Part shown: in pieces, positions 48,564-59,281 of the stretch
How the letters are laid out: each line of letters opens with the position of its first letter
How positions within the stretch are numbered: the first letter of the stretch is position 1
DNA from: Opitutaceae bacterium
Lineage (GTDB): Bacteria > Verrucomicrobiota > Verrucomicrobiia > Opitutales > Opitutaceae
Assembly (NCBI GenBank): GCA_018667915.1
Contig: JABIRI010000353.1
Location: 5,768 to 69,767 of the forward strand
Reading direction: 5' to 3'
DNA length: 64,000 nucleotides
Notes under the pieces: generated by a model
What the model saw: only the letters and a program-made list of their open reading frames with translations
Databases searched by the model: none
Told to the model about the DNA's origin: nothing
Program-made: the position numbers and the translations under genes

Positions 48564-49472
48564 ATGCAAATAGAGAACTTCAAGGTTTTCGCTGATCTTG
48601 TAGAAACGAAGAGTTTCTCAAAATCGGCCAAAATCAACGGTATCACCCAATCCGCGGTTAGCCAGCAAGCTCGCGCGATGGAGAAGCATTTTAAGACGCT
48701 CCTCATCGACCGCAGTCAGAAACAATTTCAGCTGACCCGCGAGGGCCAGTCGGTCTACGAGACAGCCAAGGAACTTCTCCACGGATACGAAAAGCTGCTC
48801 TCCGAGCTTCAGGAGATGAAGAAGGTGATCAGTGGCACCATCCGGATCGCGACGATTTACTCGATCGGACTCCATGAGCTGCCACCCTACATCAAACGAT
48901 TCCTCCACGATTTCCCGTCGGTCAACGTGCGGGTGGAATATCGCCGCTCGAATTTGGTCTACGAGGACATCCTGCATAATTCGGTCGATTTTGGCCTCGT
49001 TGCATTCCCGTTGAAGCACCGTCAGATCGAAGCACTGCCATTTCGTGACGATCACCTCGTGCTTATCACGCACCCCGATCATCCGCTCGCGAAACGTGGC
49101 GGTCCGGTGGAGCTCTCGGAAATGAGCGGACTTAAGTTCATTGGCTTCGACCCTGACATTCCGACCCGTAAGGCCGTGGATCAGATCTTCCGCGACAACA
49201 AAATCGACATGGAACCAGTCATGGAATTTGACAATATCGAGACCGTGAAACGGGCCGTTGAGATCGATCATGGCGTGGCCATTGTGCCCCAGGCTACCGT
49301 GCAGCGCGAATCTCAGCAAGGGTCACTCAAAATGTTGGGATTCAAGGGTAAAGACTTTACACGGCCGCTCGCTATCTTGCACCGCAAGGGTAGGGTGCTT
49401 ACTCCAGCGATGCGCAAGTTTATCGAAGTCTTGGGTATGGAGCTCAGCTCCGTCTCTAGACCGATGAAATAG
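48564..49472 (+). CDS. LysR-family transcriptional regulator
   Basis: HTH FKVFADLVETKSFSKSAKINGITQSAVSQQARAMEKHF plus a substrate-binding domain. Confidence 0.9.
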   Translation: MQIENFKVFADLVETKSFSKSAKINGITQSAVSQQARAMEKHFKTLLIDRSQKQFQLTREGQSVYETAKELLHGYEKLLSELQEMKKVISGTIRIATIYSIGLHELPPYIKRFLHDFPSVNVRVEYRRSNLVYEDILHNSVDFGLVAFPLKHRQIEALPFRDDHLVLITHPDHPLAKRGGPVELSEMSGLKFIGFDPDIPTRKAVDQIFRDNKIDMEPVMEFDNIETVKRAVEIDHGVAIVPQATVQRESQQGSLKMLGFKGKDFTRPLAILHRKGRVLTPAMRKFIEVLGMELSSVSRPMK

Positions 49473-49532
49473 CCAATATGCCCCAAAGGTTGTTTTTGGG
49501 GCATAAACCGGCACGGTGTCGCCTCTGATCTT

Positions 49533-51035
49533 TTGCTGATGTCGACACTGCTCACCGCTGTTTATTTTTTAATCCTGATGGGACTGACCCTTTACGGGGC
49601 GCACCGTCTTAAAATGCTAGTATTGTATTGGCGGGCGATGAAGCGCCCCGCGCTGGTTGAGCCTGATTTAGGGCGCACGCCCAAGGTGTGTATTCAACTG
49701 CCGCTTTTCAACGAACCCTTGGTGGTTGAAGCGCTGTTGGAAAAAATTTCGTCCATCCGTTGGTCCCGTGACCAATGGGAAATCCAAATTTTGGATGATT
49801 CCACCGATGACACACCGGAAATCATTAGCGAGTGGATCCAGCAAAATCCTGATAAGTCGGCTCGCATGACGCATGTTCGCCGGCCGAAACGCGAAGGCTA
49901 TAAAGCCGGTGCCCTTAAGTATGGCATGGAGCTCACCGATGCGGAGTTTTTCGCTATTTTTGACGCTGATTTCCGTCCTGATCCTGATTTTCTCGAGCGT
50001 ATGATGCCGCATTTTGCGGCCGATGACGTGGCGGTCGTGCAAGCCCGTTGGGAATTCGCGAATCGCAAACAGAGCCTGCTTACGCGATTCCAGGCTGTCT
50101 TTTTGGACGCGCATTTTGTGGTCGAGCAAACGGCCCGGGCGGCCGCTGGGTTGTTTTTTAATTTTAATGGGACCGCCGGCATCTGGCGCCGTTCGGCGCT
50201 TCTCGATGCCGGAAACTGGACGAGCGACACGGTCACGGAAGACCTCGATATCAGCTATCGCGCGCAGTTGCGCGGCTGGCGGTTGGTCTACTTGGACCGA
50301 TACGCGGTGCCCTCCGAACTGCCGGAAAACCTGATCGCGTTCAAATCTCAGCAACGCCGTTGGACTAAAGGCGGAATCCAAGTCGCGCGGAAACTGTTAG
50401 GCCAGGTGCTGTCGTCGTCTTTGCCCGCACGGGTGAAGCGCGAAGCGTGGTGGCACCTCACCATCGGGCTGGTGCATCCGATGTTGGTTTCTTTTTCCCT
50501 GTTGTTTTTGCCCTACCTTTGGTTTGCGAGCGACCAGCTCGGAGCATGGTGGCATCTGGCGAATCCGGCGATCGTGCTCTTGGCGGGCGGAGCCCCGGTC
50601 GCGTTTTATGTGGCCGGTCAGTTTTTTCAGCGCCGCGAGTGGCGTGAAGGGGTGGGGTGGTTACTCGCCTCGCCGCTGTTACTCTCGTTTGGCTTGGCGT
50701 TGAGCGTAACGTTGTGTGCGGCATTTTTCGAAGGGCTGTTCTCCAACGGTGGCGAGTTTGTGCGGACTCCAAAAGGTGGACGCCATGTGCGGTCGGGAGG
50801 TCTGCTCACGCGGATGCGCAGCCGGACGTTCTTCGCTTCGGTTTCGGCCATCGAGATCGCATTGGGTCTCATTTTACTCAACGGAGCGGTGCAGTTTGGG
50901 GTGAGTGGTCAACCGGAAATTGCGGTCGCACTCACTCTCAAAGGCGTAGGATTTATGGTCGTCGCCTTTTTGTCATCGGGTGATCTTTGGCCGAGTTTTT
51001 GGCGACGCACCCCTGTGGAATTGTCGGCTAATTAG
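49533..51035 (+). CDS. Family-2 glycosyltransferase, membrane-integrated (D,D,D,QxxRW type)
   Basis: ILDDSTDDT, FDADF, TEDLDISYR, QQRRWTKG, and C-terminal TM bundle. TTG at 49533 or ATG at 49539. Confidence 0.85.
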   Translation: MLMSTLLTAVYFLILMGLTLYGAHRLKMLVLYWRAMKRPALVEPDLGRTPKVCIQLPLFNEPLVVEALLEKISSIRWSRDQWEIQILDDSTDDTPEIISEWIQQNPDKSARMTHVRRPKREGYKAGALKYGMELTDAEFFAIFDADFRPDPDFLERMMPHFAADDVAVVQARWEFANRKQSLLTRFQAVFLDAHFVVEQTARAAAGLFFNFNGTAGIWRRSALLDAGNWTSDTVTEDLDISYRAQLRGWRLVYLDRYAVPSELPENLIAFKSQQRRWTKGGIQVARKLLGQVLSSSLPARVKREAWWHLTIGLVHPMLVSFSLLFLPYLWFASDQLGAWWHLANPAIVLLAGGAPVAFYVAGQFFQRREWREGVGWLLASPLLLSFGLALSVTLCAAFFEGLFSNGGEFVRTPKGGRHVRSGGLLTRMRSRTFFASVSAIEIALGLILLNGAVQFGVSGQPEIAVALTLKGVGFMVVAFLSSGDLWPSFWRRTPVELSAN

Positions 51036-51088
51036 ATTTGCCCGATGCGCGCTCCAGAAAATGTGAAACCCAATTCGAGGACACGGTG

Positions 51089-51598
51089 ATGAAACGATTG
51101 ACGGTAGCATTCATGAGCGCGGCGGCGGTATCTCTCTGGGCGGGTTGTGGTGCGGTTGAAGAGGTCCCCGTGGTTCCGCAGATCACCTCGGTTGCGGGCC
51201 CGGAGTGGTCTCTGGCGAGACTGGATGGATCTGTTCTTCGTTCGAGTGATCTGCGCGGCAAAGTTGTGGTTCTCGATTTTTGGGCGACGTGGTGTCCGCC
51301 ATGCCGGGCCGAAATTCCTGGCTATATCGAAATGCAGCGTGATTTGGCCGGAGAGGATTTGGTGATTGTGGGCGTTTCGTTGGATGAAGGTGGGCCCGCG
51401 GTAGTGCAGGAATTTGCCGATCGGATGGGGATCAATTATGAGCTGGTGATGGGCGACAATGAAGTGGTGAATGGGTTTGGTGGCGTGCAGGTCATTCCCA
51501 CCACATTCTTGATCGATCGCGAAGGCCAAGTGCGTCACCGCAAGGAAGGCATGATGTCACGGGAGGATTACGAGTCGATCGTGCGCGAGGTTCTATGA
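51089..51598 (+). CDS. TlpA-family thiol:disulfide oxidoreductase (lipoprotein)
   Basis: Lipobox LWAGC, WATWCPPC active site, thioredoxin fold. Confidence 0.88.
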   Translation: MKRLTVAFMSAAAVSLWAGCGAVEEVPVVPQITSVAGPEWSLARLDGSVLRSSDLRGKVVVLDFWATWCPPCRAEIPGYIEMQRDLAGEDLVIVGVSLDEGGPAVVQEFADRMGINYELVMGDNEVVNGFGGVQVIPTTFLIDREGQVRHRKEGMMSREDYESIVREVL

Positions 51599-51623
51599 TG
51601 TTGGACGGATTTCCCCATGGGGA

Positions 51624-51665
51624 GGGCCCGCCGAAAACCCCTTAACGGCGGGCCCATTATTTTCT
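51624..51665 (+). terminator. Terminator-like hairpin
   Basis: GGGCCCGCCG / CGGCGGGCCC 10-bp stem, then ATTATTTT. Confidence 0.6.
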
Positions 51666-51772
51666 GGTTGGTCTAGCGAGCCAACATCCATGTAACCCCA
51701 AAACCGGCTAGGCCGGATGGATTTCTAATTAAGCATTCAGCGTGCCAACTGGATTGGGACGGCCGGAGGAAT

Positions 51773-53356
51773 TCAGTCTTTCGCAAATCGCGCCATTTCG
51801 GCGAGGCTGTCTGCGATTTCCCGATCGTTCCGAGTGATAGGCAGTTTGTGAGGTCCGCCCCACTTTTGGTGATGGCGCAACCAGTGTTCGAATGCCCCCG
51901 GCATCACCAGCCGCACATAAGGCGCCTCCAGGTTCCCGTTCCAGCGGCGCCGTTTATAACCTTCGTGGGCGTCCTGCAGGCGTTGATCCAAGTCGGCGGC
52001 GATAATTGGCCCCGTGGGGGTATCGACGGTGCCGGCCCGTAATTCGATCCACCATTCGTGGCAGCCGTAGTTTACGCCGAGTTCAGAACGACTGATAAGT
52101 GGTGCCACGTGAAAAATGGTCAAGGGCCACTTCTTCGCTCGACAAAGATCGGTAAGGGCTTGGATGACGTCTCGGGTGAACAAGTTTTCTCCGAATGTGT
52201 TCAAACGGAGATCAATTTGGCCCATTGGTAAAATCCGTGGTGGATTCACCGCGGTGAAACTGACCACATCTCCAGAGACGTGACGCACGAGTCCGGCTGG
52301 AGTTGTGAGCACCAGCAGGTAATTTATTTCCGTTTCCACCTCATCCAGCGGCACCGCTTTTGCGCTTAAGGTAGCAAGATTGGCCGGCGCATAGTCGTCG
52401 ACGGGCAGGAATTCGTAATAGACCCCGGTCTCGGCGAGGAGCCGCAGTCCCGGAAGTGACCCCGGACCTTGAGCGGCAACAATGGCCTCAGTCGTGGCAA
52501 AAACTTCGTGCAGCATGACGTCGCGTCCGGCGATTTTCTTCAACTGTGCCCAAATGGGCCCCGGGAAGTCGCCGGTCATGGCCAAGCTTCGCAGGTTCGG
52601 CCAAATTCCGAGCAACGTTTTCTTAGGTTTCTCACCAGAGCTCGTCGACTTCAGAATTTGCTTAGCAAATGCGAACAGCCAATTTGGATTTCCCGCGATG
52701 AGCGTGATGTCGCGCTGGCGAGTGCGCTTAAGAATGCGCTCCACCATCGTGTCCCAGTCCCGTCGCAGCGCGATTCGCGAGCCGGGTTCGAAATAATGGC
52801 GGGCAATCCATTCGGGGTGTTGGACCGCGGCCAGAGTCGCGAGATCCGCGATGGCCATGGGCGCGTCTTCTTGGAGTTGGTTCGTGGGGACGTTGCCGCC
52901 GAGCAGCAGCACTCGCCCCAAGAGGGGGTAGACGCCTCCTGCGCGGGCGGTCGCGTGTAGGAGCGCGGCGCGATTTCCGGCGGCGTAGGACGACTGCATG
53001 GCAGCCGTCACCGGCACCAAGCGCGGGGTGCCGGTGGTCGTCCCGGCGGTCGCGGCGACGCACTGGCACTTACCCGGCCAAAGGAGATTAGATTCTCCTG
53101 ATTTGATCCGCTGGATCCAAGGTTCCAGGTCGCGATGGTTCGAAAGCGGGATATTCTGTCGAAAATCGCCGGGAGACATCTGATCGTCGATTCCCTGTTC
53201 TTGCCCACGGGTGGTCCGGGCCAAGGATTTGAGCAGAACGGGCAGGGTGCGCTTTTGCGCCTTTGTGGCGCGGCGCTTCTGCTGCAGGCGCCGGCGAGTC
53301 AGCGTGGTGAACCAGTCGCCCGCAATATTCAGCAGAGGTTTATAAAAATTCGGCAT
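51773..53356 (-). CDS. GH3-family (auxin-responsive-promoter-like) acyl-adenylate-forming enzyme
   Basis: ATAGTTTGTPRLVPVT (SSGTT-like AMP motif), size and overall pattern of bacterial GH3 proteins. Confidence 0.7.
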   Translation of the reverse strand: MPNFYKPLLNIAGDWFTTLTRRRLQQKRRATKAQKRTLPVLLKSLARTTRGQEQGIDDQMSPGDFRQNIPLSNHRDLEPWIQRIKSGESNLLWPGKCQCVAATAGTTTGTPRLVPVTAAMQSSYAAGNRAALLHATARAGGVYPLLGRVLLLGGNVPTNQLQEDAPMAIADLATLAAVQHPEWIARHYFEPGSRIALRRDWDTMVERILKRTRQRDITLIAGNPNWLFAFAKQILKSTSSGEKPKKTLLGIWPNLRSLAMTGDFPGPIWAQLKKIAGRDVMLHEVFATTEAIVAAQGPGSLPGLRLLAETGVYYEFLPVDDYAPANLATLSAKAVPLDEVETEINYLLVLTTPAGLVRHVSGDVVSFTAVNPPRILPMGQIDLRLNTFGENLFTRDVIQALTDLCRAKKWPLTIFHVAPLISRSELGVNYGCHEWWIELRAGTVDTPTGPIIAADLDQRLQDAHEGYKRRRWNGNLEAPYVRLVMPGAFEHWLRHHQKWGGPHKLPITRNDREIADSLAEMARFAKD

Positions 53357-53466
53357 CTCGAATCTTTGAAGGCCGCAAGGCGACGACGGCCGGAGCGGGG
53401 TCGCAAGCAGATTAGTTCAAACCACAGGCAGAAGACGGATTTTTACCGGTTGTTTGACGGATAGAG

Positions 53467-54276
53467 ATGACTCAGGTTCACGGAGTGAGCGCCTATTCAA
53501 TCGTGCATGAAGATGAGTCCATGGTGGTGGTTAATAAACCCGCCGACTGGTCCGTCGCGGGTCGTGAGTCCGCCACGGCTAAGCACAAAGGGGGCGTATT
53601 ACTCGATCGCTTGAAAGAAGCGGGAGCGGAGGATCTCCTTCCGGCGCACCGGATCGATGATGCGGTCGGAGGTTTGGTGGTCTTTGCCAAGACCAAGACC
53701 GGCTTGGATTTTCTGAGCGGGCAGTTTCAGAGTAAAACAGTGCAACGCATTTACCGGGGTCTGGCGGTGGTTGCGACCGAGGCTGAAGCTACGGATATTA
53801 CCTCGATGGCTCTGGTGCGTGACGCCCGGGGTGGGTTACCGGCCGAATTTGAGGTCAATTACGCACTGGCACCCGACGAACATGTCCTGGGGCGCATGCA
53901 TGTTTACCGTAAGAAAGGCGGGCGGCCGGCTTTCACCGTTTTTCGCGTGTTGGAGTCGTTCGGTCGATTCGTCTGGTTTGAGGCTCAACCGGAGACGAGC
54001 CGGCAGAAGCAGATTCAAGCGCACCTGGCGGCGGTAGGCGCTCCCGTGTTGGGAGATGATGATCATGGACTGCCGGAAGTGCGTTTGCTCCTTTCAGGCC
54101 TGAAGCGAGGTTACAAAGGGCGTGAATCCGAGCGGCCAATGGTGGATGGACTTGCGCTGCTCGCGACAAAACTGACCCTGCGACATCCGGAATCGCGGGA
54201 GGAAATGACGTTTGAGATTGAGCTGCCCAAGCAGTTTGAGATCGCGCTGAAGAATCTCCGCAAATTCTCCCGCTGA
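53467..54276 (+). CDS. RluA-family pseudouridine synthase
   Basis: VVNKPADW and HRIDDAVGGLVVFAKT (catalytic Asp motif). Confidence 0.85.
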   Translation: MTQVHGVSAYSIVHEDESMVVVNKPADWSVAGRESATAKHKGGVLLDRLKEAGAEDLLPAHRIDDAVGGLVVFAKTKTGLDFLSGQFQSKTVQRIYRGLAVVATEAEATDITSMALVRDARGGLPAEFEVNYALAPDEHVLGRMHVYRKKGGRPAFTVFRVLESFGRFVWFEAQPETSRQKQIQAHLAAVGAPVLGDDDHGLPEVRLLLSGLKRGYKGRESERPMVDGLALLATKLTLRHPESREEMTFEIELPKQFEIALKNLRKFSR

Positions 54277-54315
54277 GCCCGTTGGGGTATTGCTAGGACC
54301 GGAGCATCTGATTCG

Positions 54316-55056
54316 ATGAGCGCCATGTCTTCTCCTATTAGAGTTACCGTTTGGAACGAGTATCGGCACGAAAAAGAAAACCCGAAAGTGGCGGCGGTTT
54401 ATCCCGATGGGATTCATACGGCGTTGGCCGAATTCCTCGGCCGTGAATCCGACATCGTTGTGCACACAGCGACGCTTGATGAGGATGAGCACGGATTGAC
54501 CGACACTGTGCTCGATCAAACCGACGTATTGATATGGTGGGGACACAAAGCTCACGGCGATGTGGCGGAAGCAATTTCCGAGCGCGTCGCGAGTCGCGTG
54601 CACGCCGGGATGGGCTTCATCGCGTTGCATTCGGCCCATTACGCCAAACCGTTCAAACGTCTGATGGGTTCAAGTTGTTCGCTGAAATGGCGCGATGATG
54701 GTGAAAAAGAACGCCTCTGGACAGTGCGCCCCTCGCACCCCATTGCCGCCGGGTTGCCCGAGCACTTTGAACTCGAGCAGGAAGAGATGTATGGCGAACC
54801 CTACGGCATTCCTGAACCCGACGAATTGATCTTCATCTCCTGGTTTGCTGGCGGAGAAGTTTTTCGATCGGGAGCAACCTGGCAACGAAGCCATGGACGC
54901 GTGTTTTATTTTCGACCCGGTCACGAAACCTTCCCTACTTACGCCAACCCCCACATTCAGCGCGTTATCATCAACGCGGTGCGTTGGGCGAAACCCACGG
55001 TCTGTCTCCCCGATAGTGCCCCCCGAGCCGGAGCCCTAGAACCTCTTAACTCATGA
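54316..55056 (+). CDS. ThuA-domain protein
   Basis: [11 protein letters not shown]...YPDGIH...VLIWWGH...FIALHSAH. Confidence 0.85.
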   Translation: MSAMSSPIRVTVWNEYRHEKENPKVAAVYPDGIHTALAEFLGRESDIVVHTATLDEDEHGLTDTVLDQTDVLIWWGHKAHGDVAEAISERVASRVHAGMGFIALHSAHYAKPFKRLMGSSCSLKWRDDGEKERLWTVRPSHPIAAGLPEHFELEQEEMYGEPYGIPEPDELIFISWFAGGEVFRSGATWQRSHGRVFYFRPGHETFPTYANPHIQRVIINAVRWAKPTVCLPDSAPRAGALEPLNS

Positions 55057-56154
55057 ACCGATTTCTTCTTTCCCGAATTCTCCCCGCGACGATGTTGAGC
55101 GCGGTATCAGTTTCCGCGCTGACGATTGAACTCGATTATACCCACGATGCAGCTGCGACGAATTTCTTCGGCACTTATACTACGGCCAAAGGCGCGCTCG
55201 AGAAAGCGGCCTCTGATATTAGTGATGTGCTAAACTCATCGCTTGGGGCCATCACATCCACCCAATCGGAAGGGGTGACCGGCACGGTCAATTCGACGAA
55301 CGTGACGTTTGATTGGAAATTCTCGTATACGAATCCCTCCACGGGTGGAGCCGAGGAGTTGACGACATTCACATCCGCTGCGGACACCATTAAGATATTT
55401 GTCGGCGCACGAAACTTAGCTGGAACCACGCTTGGTCAAGGCGGGCCGGGTGGCGCGGGGTTTACCCTAAGTGGAGGGGGCCAGTCAAAGTGACTGGGTG
55501 GCCGCTATGGCTGCGGCGGAGACGGCTTCGAACAATGTTTTCAAACGAGGCACCCAATCTCCGACCATTGGTAATATAAGTGGTTCTTCCACGTTAGGAG
55601 CCGTAGAGGGAGTCGGAGGAACCACCGCAAGTTACAGTCTCAACTACGGACCGGTGGTGGGGAATCTATGGTTTGATGACGATACCGACAACTCGGGCGG
55701 CACAGATGATTACGCTCGGTTGAGCGCGTTTTGGCATTTTGATCATTCGACTTCAGTGGCATCCGGGAAATATGATTTTTATACAGTGGCTCTTCACGAA
55801 ATCCTTCATGCGATTGGATATGGCACCGGCACCGAGTGGAATTCCAACGTCTCAGGCACGACCTGGACGGGAGCCAATGGCGTTGCGACCCATGGCACGG
55901 GCGTCGGACTGATTGATGGCGGCGGAGCTCATTTAGCTACCAGTATTTCCAGCACGGCGTTGGACGGTGGAGCTACTCAAGACGTTGTGATGAGCCCGAG
56001 CATTTCCACCGGAGTTCGTAAGACACTTACCGACCTCGATCTCGCTATTTTGAAAGATCTCAATTACTCCGCCGTTCCCGAACCTGGTCATGCGGCATTA
56101 GTATTTGGTGCATTAGCGCTGGGGTTTGTGGGAATGCGTCGGCGGCGCCAGTGA
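55053..56154 (+). pseudogene. PEP-CTERM-anchored secreted protein with an HExxH motif, split by a frameshift at a G5 run
   Basis: ORF 55053-55493 (signal peptide) and ORF 55471-56154 (HEILHAIGYG; C-terminal VPEPGHAALVFGALALGFVGMRRRRQ) are in frames 0 and +1. They join if one G of GGGGG (55476-55480) is removed. Confidence 0.7.
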
Positions 56155-56173
56155 GTCGAGATTGAGCTCGATT

Positions 56174-56950
56174 TTAGCCAAGTTGTTCGAGCGCGCGCCG
56201 CGCGCGCTGTTTGGCGGCTTTGTCGTGTTTTTCTTTGATCGGCATTTGCAGTCCCCGCTCGAAGTTTGACCGGGCTTTGGCCGAATCACCAGCTGCACGG
56301 TAGGCGAAGCCGAGTTCCAGAAAATGATTCAGGTTTTCCGGCTCCAGTTCGGTTGCTTTTTCGAGGTGAAATACGGCTTCGTCGATCGAAGATTCGGGTA
56401 GGCCTCCGTAGAGAATTTTGGTGAAAAATCGCGCGATACTGCCGAGTTCGTCGACTTCGCGATGCCAGCGTCCGAGCACATGGTGGGCCCAAGCATAATC
56501 CGGATTCAATTCGATGGCTCGCCGGGCATCCGCTTTAATGACTCGCGCCGCTTCTACTTTGGCTTGGTTGCTTTGAAGGGTGGCTATCTTTCCTTTGACC
56601 ACCGCGAGTGAGAGCACGTTTACGGGGTCGGTTGGATCCACTTCCGTTGCCCGTAGGGAGTAATCGAGAGCAAGTTCAAGGAGCTGGATCTGGCGGGCCT
56701 CATTGTTGGTATCGACGGTCGAGTCTGAATACTGGCGGGCAATTTTTTGCAGCACCTTCGCATTGTCAGGCGCGAGTTTCTCGACCCGCAGCAACATCGC
56801 CAAGGCGTCCGACGTTCGGAGTTCCTCTTGAGCGCTCAGGGCCCGTTCATATAAAGTGGCGAGCTCGCCTTCCAGGCCGGCATCATTGGCTTGGACGAGG
56901 TTGCTCATAAGGAGCGCCGCCATCCATAGGATTTTCGATGTTACCTTCAT
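56174..56950 (-). CDS. Secreted TPR-repeat protein
   Basis: Signal peptide MKVTSKILWMAALLMSNLVQA followed by TPR-like helices. ATGA overlap with the upstream gene. Confidence 0.7.
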   Translation of the reverse strand: MKVTSKILWMAALLMSNLVQANDAGLEGELATLYERALSAQEELRTSDALAMLLRVEKLAPDNAKVLQKIARQYSDSTVDTNNEARQIQLLELALDYSLRATEVDPTDPVNVLSLAVVKGKIATLQSNQAKVEAARVIKADARRAIELNPDYAWAHHVLGRWHREVDELGSIARFFTKILYGGLPESSIDEAVFHLEKATELEPENLNHFLELGFAYRAAGDSAKARSNFERGLQMPIKEKHDKAAKQRARRALEQLG

Positions 56951-57954
56951 GGTTTCACGAAACGATAGTGGCTCACCAGCCATTCCTCGCCTTTGCGATA
57001 TCCCCACAGTTCAGCGCAGCTCATATAAAATACGCGCCAGTAGACCCACCATTTCCGGACCTGATCCGGACCATAAGTTTTGGCGAATAGCGGTTCTATT
57101 TCGTGCCGATGGGCATCCATGTTCCGGAGCCAATGCTCGGCGGTGCGTTGATAGTGTTGCCCATTTACCTTCCAATCCTGTTCAAGCTGTAGATTGGCTT
57201 GGAACTGCATGAGGAGGTCATGCGCGGGCATTTGACCACCGGTGAAAAAATACCGCGCCATCCAGTCGGAATCGTCTTTGGGCACGAAGTGGTAGGAAAG
57301 TTGATGATGGGTAAAAATGTGCACGAAGAGTTTCCCGCCAGAGTGTAACCAGGTGGAAACCCTCTTGAGCAACTCTTCGTAGTTCTTCATGTGTTCAAAC
57401 ATCTCGATTGAGATCACCCGATCGAACGTTTCGGTTTGAATATCGAATTCGTTCATGTCGGCCGTGATCACCGTGACATTCGCCAAGTTTTGCTCTGCCG
57501 CAGCCGCATCGATGTGCTCCTTTTGGGTGCGGGAGTTGGATACGGCGGTGATACGAGAGTTGGGAAATTTTGCGGCGAGGTAGAGCGTGATTGACCCCCA
57601 ACCACAGCCGAGTTCGAGGATGTTTTGCCCGTCGATAAATTCTCCGCGTTCGGCGTAGAGGTCGAGCATGGCGGTCTCGGCTTCACCTAAGGTTTCCTCA
57701 CCGGTTGGGTAAAAGCATCCGGAGTATTTGAGTCGGGGTCCCAGACAGTATTGATAGAATTCCGTCGGAACCTCGTAGTGTTGCTCATTCGCCGCGTGCG
57801 TCTGCTCAGCGATGCCGCGCGATTTAAGGTCAGTCACATACGCGGAACGATTGTAGCCCGATTCGTCCCGGATCCGTTGACCGAGCAGACGGCGAATGCC
57901 GGCGCGGATGGCAAAGTCAGGCAAGAGGTTCTTTTCAAGAAGCGTATCTATCAT
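56947..57954 (-). CDS. CMAS/Cfa-family SAM-dependent methyltransferase (short form, 335 aa)
   Basis: HYEVPTEFY, ILELGCGWGS (SAM motif I), ISIEMFEHM, and a W/Y-rich C-terminal end as in CFA synthases. Confidence 0.85.
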   Translation of the reverse strand: MIDTLLEKNLLPDFAIRAGIRRLLGQRIRDESGYNRSAYVTDLKSRGIAEQTHAANEQHYEVPTEFYQYCLGPRLKYSGCFYPTGEETLGEAETAMLDLYAERGEFIDGQNILELGCGWGSITLYLAAKFPNSRITAVSNSRTQKEHIDAAAAEQNLANVTVITADMNEFDIQTETFDRVISIEMFEHMKNYEELLKRVSTWLHSGGKLFVHIFTHHQLSYHFVPKDDSDWMARYFFTGGQMPAHDLLMQFQANLQLEQDWKVNGQHYQRTAEHWLRNMDAHRHEIEPLFAKTYGPDQVRKWWVYWRVFYMSCAELWGYRKGEEWLVSHYRFVKP

Positions 57955-58751
57955 GATGAACTGGCAGAACTGCGGGAGGGCCCGGGAAAAAACTCGTTGG
58001 TGGCATCTTGGTAGGCTCGAAAGGAATCTCCCTTTGATTTGAGGGAGGATTCTTCAGCCATGGGCACGCCGGTTTTATAGCGGAGCAAATAGTAGATGGA
58101 GGCAGGAGCGATCAGGCCAATCCAACCGTATGTTGAACCGAGAGCGAAGACGCCGAAGCCCACCCAGATCATCCACTCGAAAAAGTAATTCGGATGCCGA
58201 CTATAGTGCCAAAGCCCCACGTTGCAGACCTTCCCGCGGTTCTCCGGACTACGTCGAAATACCGCCAATTGCCCGTCTGCGAGGGTTTCGCCACAAAGTG
58301 AAATAAACACGATCGCGGTCCCGATTATCTCGACCAGATTGAAGGAAGGCTTCGCGTTGAAAACGGGGAAGAGAAAGGGGAGTGCCAGCACGACGATGCT
58401 GATGGCTTGAAGCTGAAAGAAGCCAAACATCATTGGCCCAAAATTGTCCTGCCAATCGGTGCGCAGCTGTCGATAGCGGCTATCCTCTTCGGGGTGATGC
58501 GAGAATACCCGTTTGTAGAGGTGCGAGCCCAAACGGATACTCCAGATCGATGCCAGGGATGCGAGGACCAGTTGTCTCATGCTCCAGCCCGATCCGCTCA
58601 GTGCATAATACCACGCCAGAGGGGTGAAGGTGTAAGACCACACCACGTCGACGATGCCGTAGTTGTTCAGTCGTCGGCAGACCATGAAGATCAGCGTAAA
58701 CCAAACGATCAGCGCGAGCGTCGCGGTCCCAAGAATTTCCAATAGGCTCAT
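57951..58751 (-). CDS. DUF1295-family membrane protein (steroid-reductase/ICMT-like fold)
   Basis: GLWHYSRHPNYFFEWMIW motif, polytopic. ATGA overlaps at both ends. Confidence 0.85.
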   Translation of the reverse strand: MSLLEILGTATLALIVWFTLIFMVCRRLNNYGIVDVVWSYTFTPLAWYYALSGSGWSMRQLVLASLASIWSIRLGSHLYKRVFSHHPEEDSRYRQLRTDWQDNFGPMMFGFFQLQAISIVVLALPFLFPVFNAKPSFNLVEIIGTAIVFISLCGETLADGQLAVFRRSPENRGKVCNVGLWHYSRHPNYFFEWMIWVGFGVFALGSTYGWIGLIAPASIYYLLRYKTGVPMAEESSLKSKGDSFRAYQDATNEFFPGPSRSSASSS

Positions 58752-59281
58752 GACGTTGAAGCGCTGGGAGACGTGTCGCGCAACTGCGCCAGACGTTCGA
58801 TGAGCGGCCGCAAGGGGAGGTAAACGAGGGCGAACAGCAACGGTGCGGTAAGTAACCACGCCGTGAAGGCGTGCACGCCCGCCCAACCAAATGTTTGAAT
58901 GAACTCTGCAAAGGAAAGTTCGGCGAAGCTCGAAATCATTGCCGTCACGGAGAATGCGTTTTCAGTTGCCCCCCAGACGAGCTCTCCACCGCGAACGTAG
59001 ACGAGGATCATGAGGAGCTGAATCGGTCCCAGCAGCTGATTCAATACTTGGAGAAGGGGTTGATTTAGACGCAGCGCTACCCCGACCCCTAGGTTGAGGA
59101 GCGAAGTGAACCCCAAAAATGGTAGTAATGAACACACGGTGCCCACACCCAGGGTGTAAGTTACCCGCTGAGGAGTGACGCCCTGGGTCAGTTGTTGCTT
59201 GATCGGTGCGACGATCCGTCTTCGCCAAAAACCATGCTTGGGCGTATCCAAATTATTAGCATTCGCGGTCATGCTGGTCAT
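58748..59281 (-). CDS. DUF2062-family membrane protein
   Basis: WRRRIVAPIKQQLTQGVTPQRVTYTLGVGTVCSLLPFLG. Confidence 0.8.
   Translation of the reverse strand: MTSMTANANNLDTPKHGFWRRRIVAPIKQQLTQGVTPQRVTYTLGVGTVCSLLPFLGFTSLLNLGVGVALRLNQPLLQVLNQLLGPIQLLMILVYVRGGELVWGATENAFSVTAMISSFAELSFAEFIQTFGWAGVHAFTAWLLTAPLLFALVYLPLRPLIERLAQLRDTSPSASTS

Noticed and set aside
49478-49503. Hairpin ATGCCCCAA...TTGGGGCAT after the LysR gene as a terminator
   Set aside because: It has a 9-bp stem but no T-run on either strand. Its function is unclear, so it is not listed as a feature.
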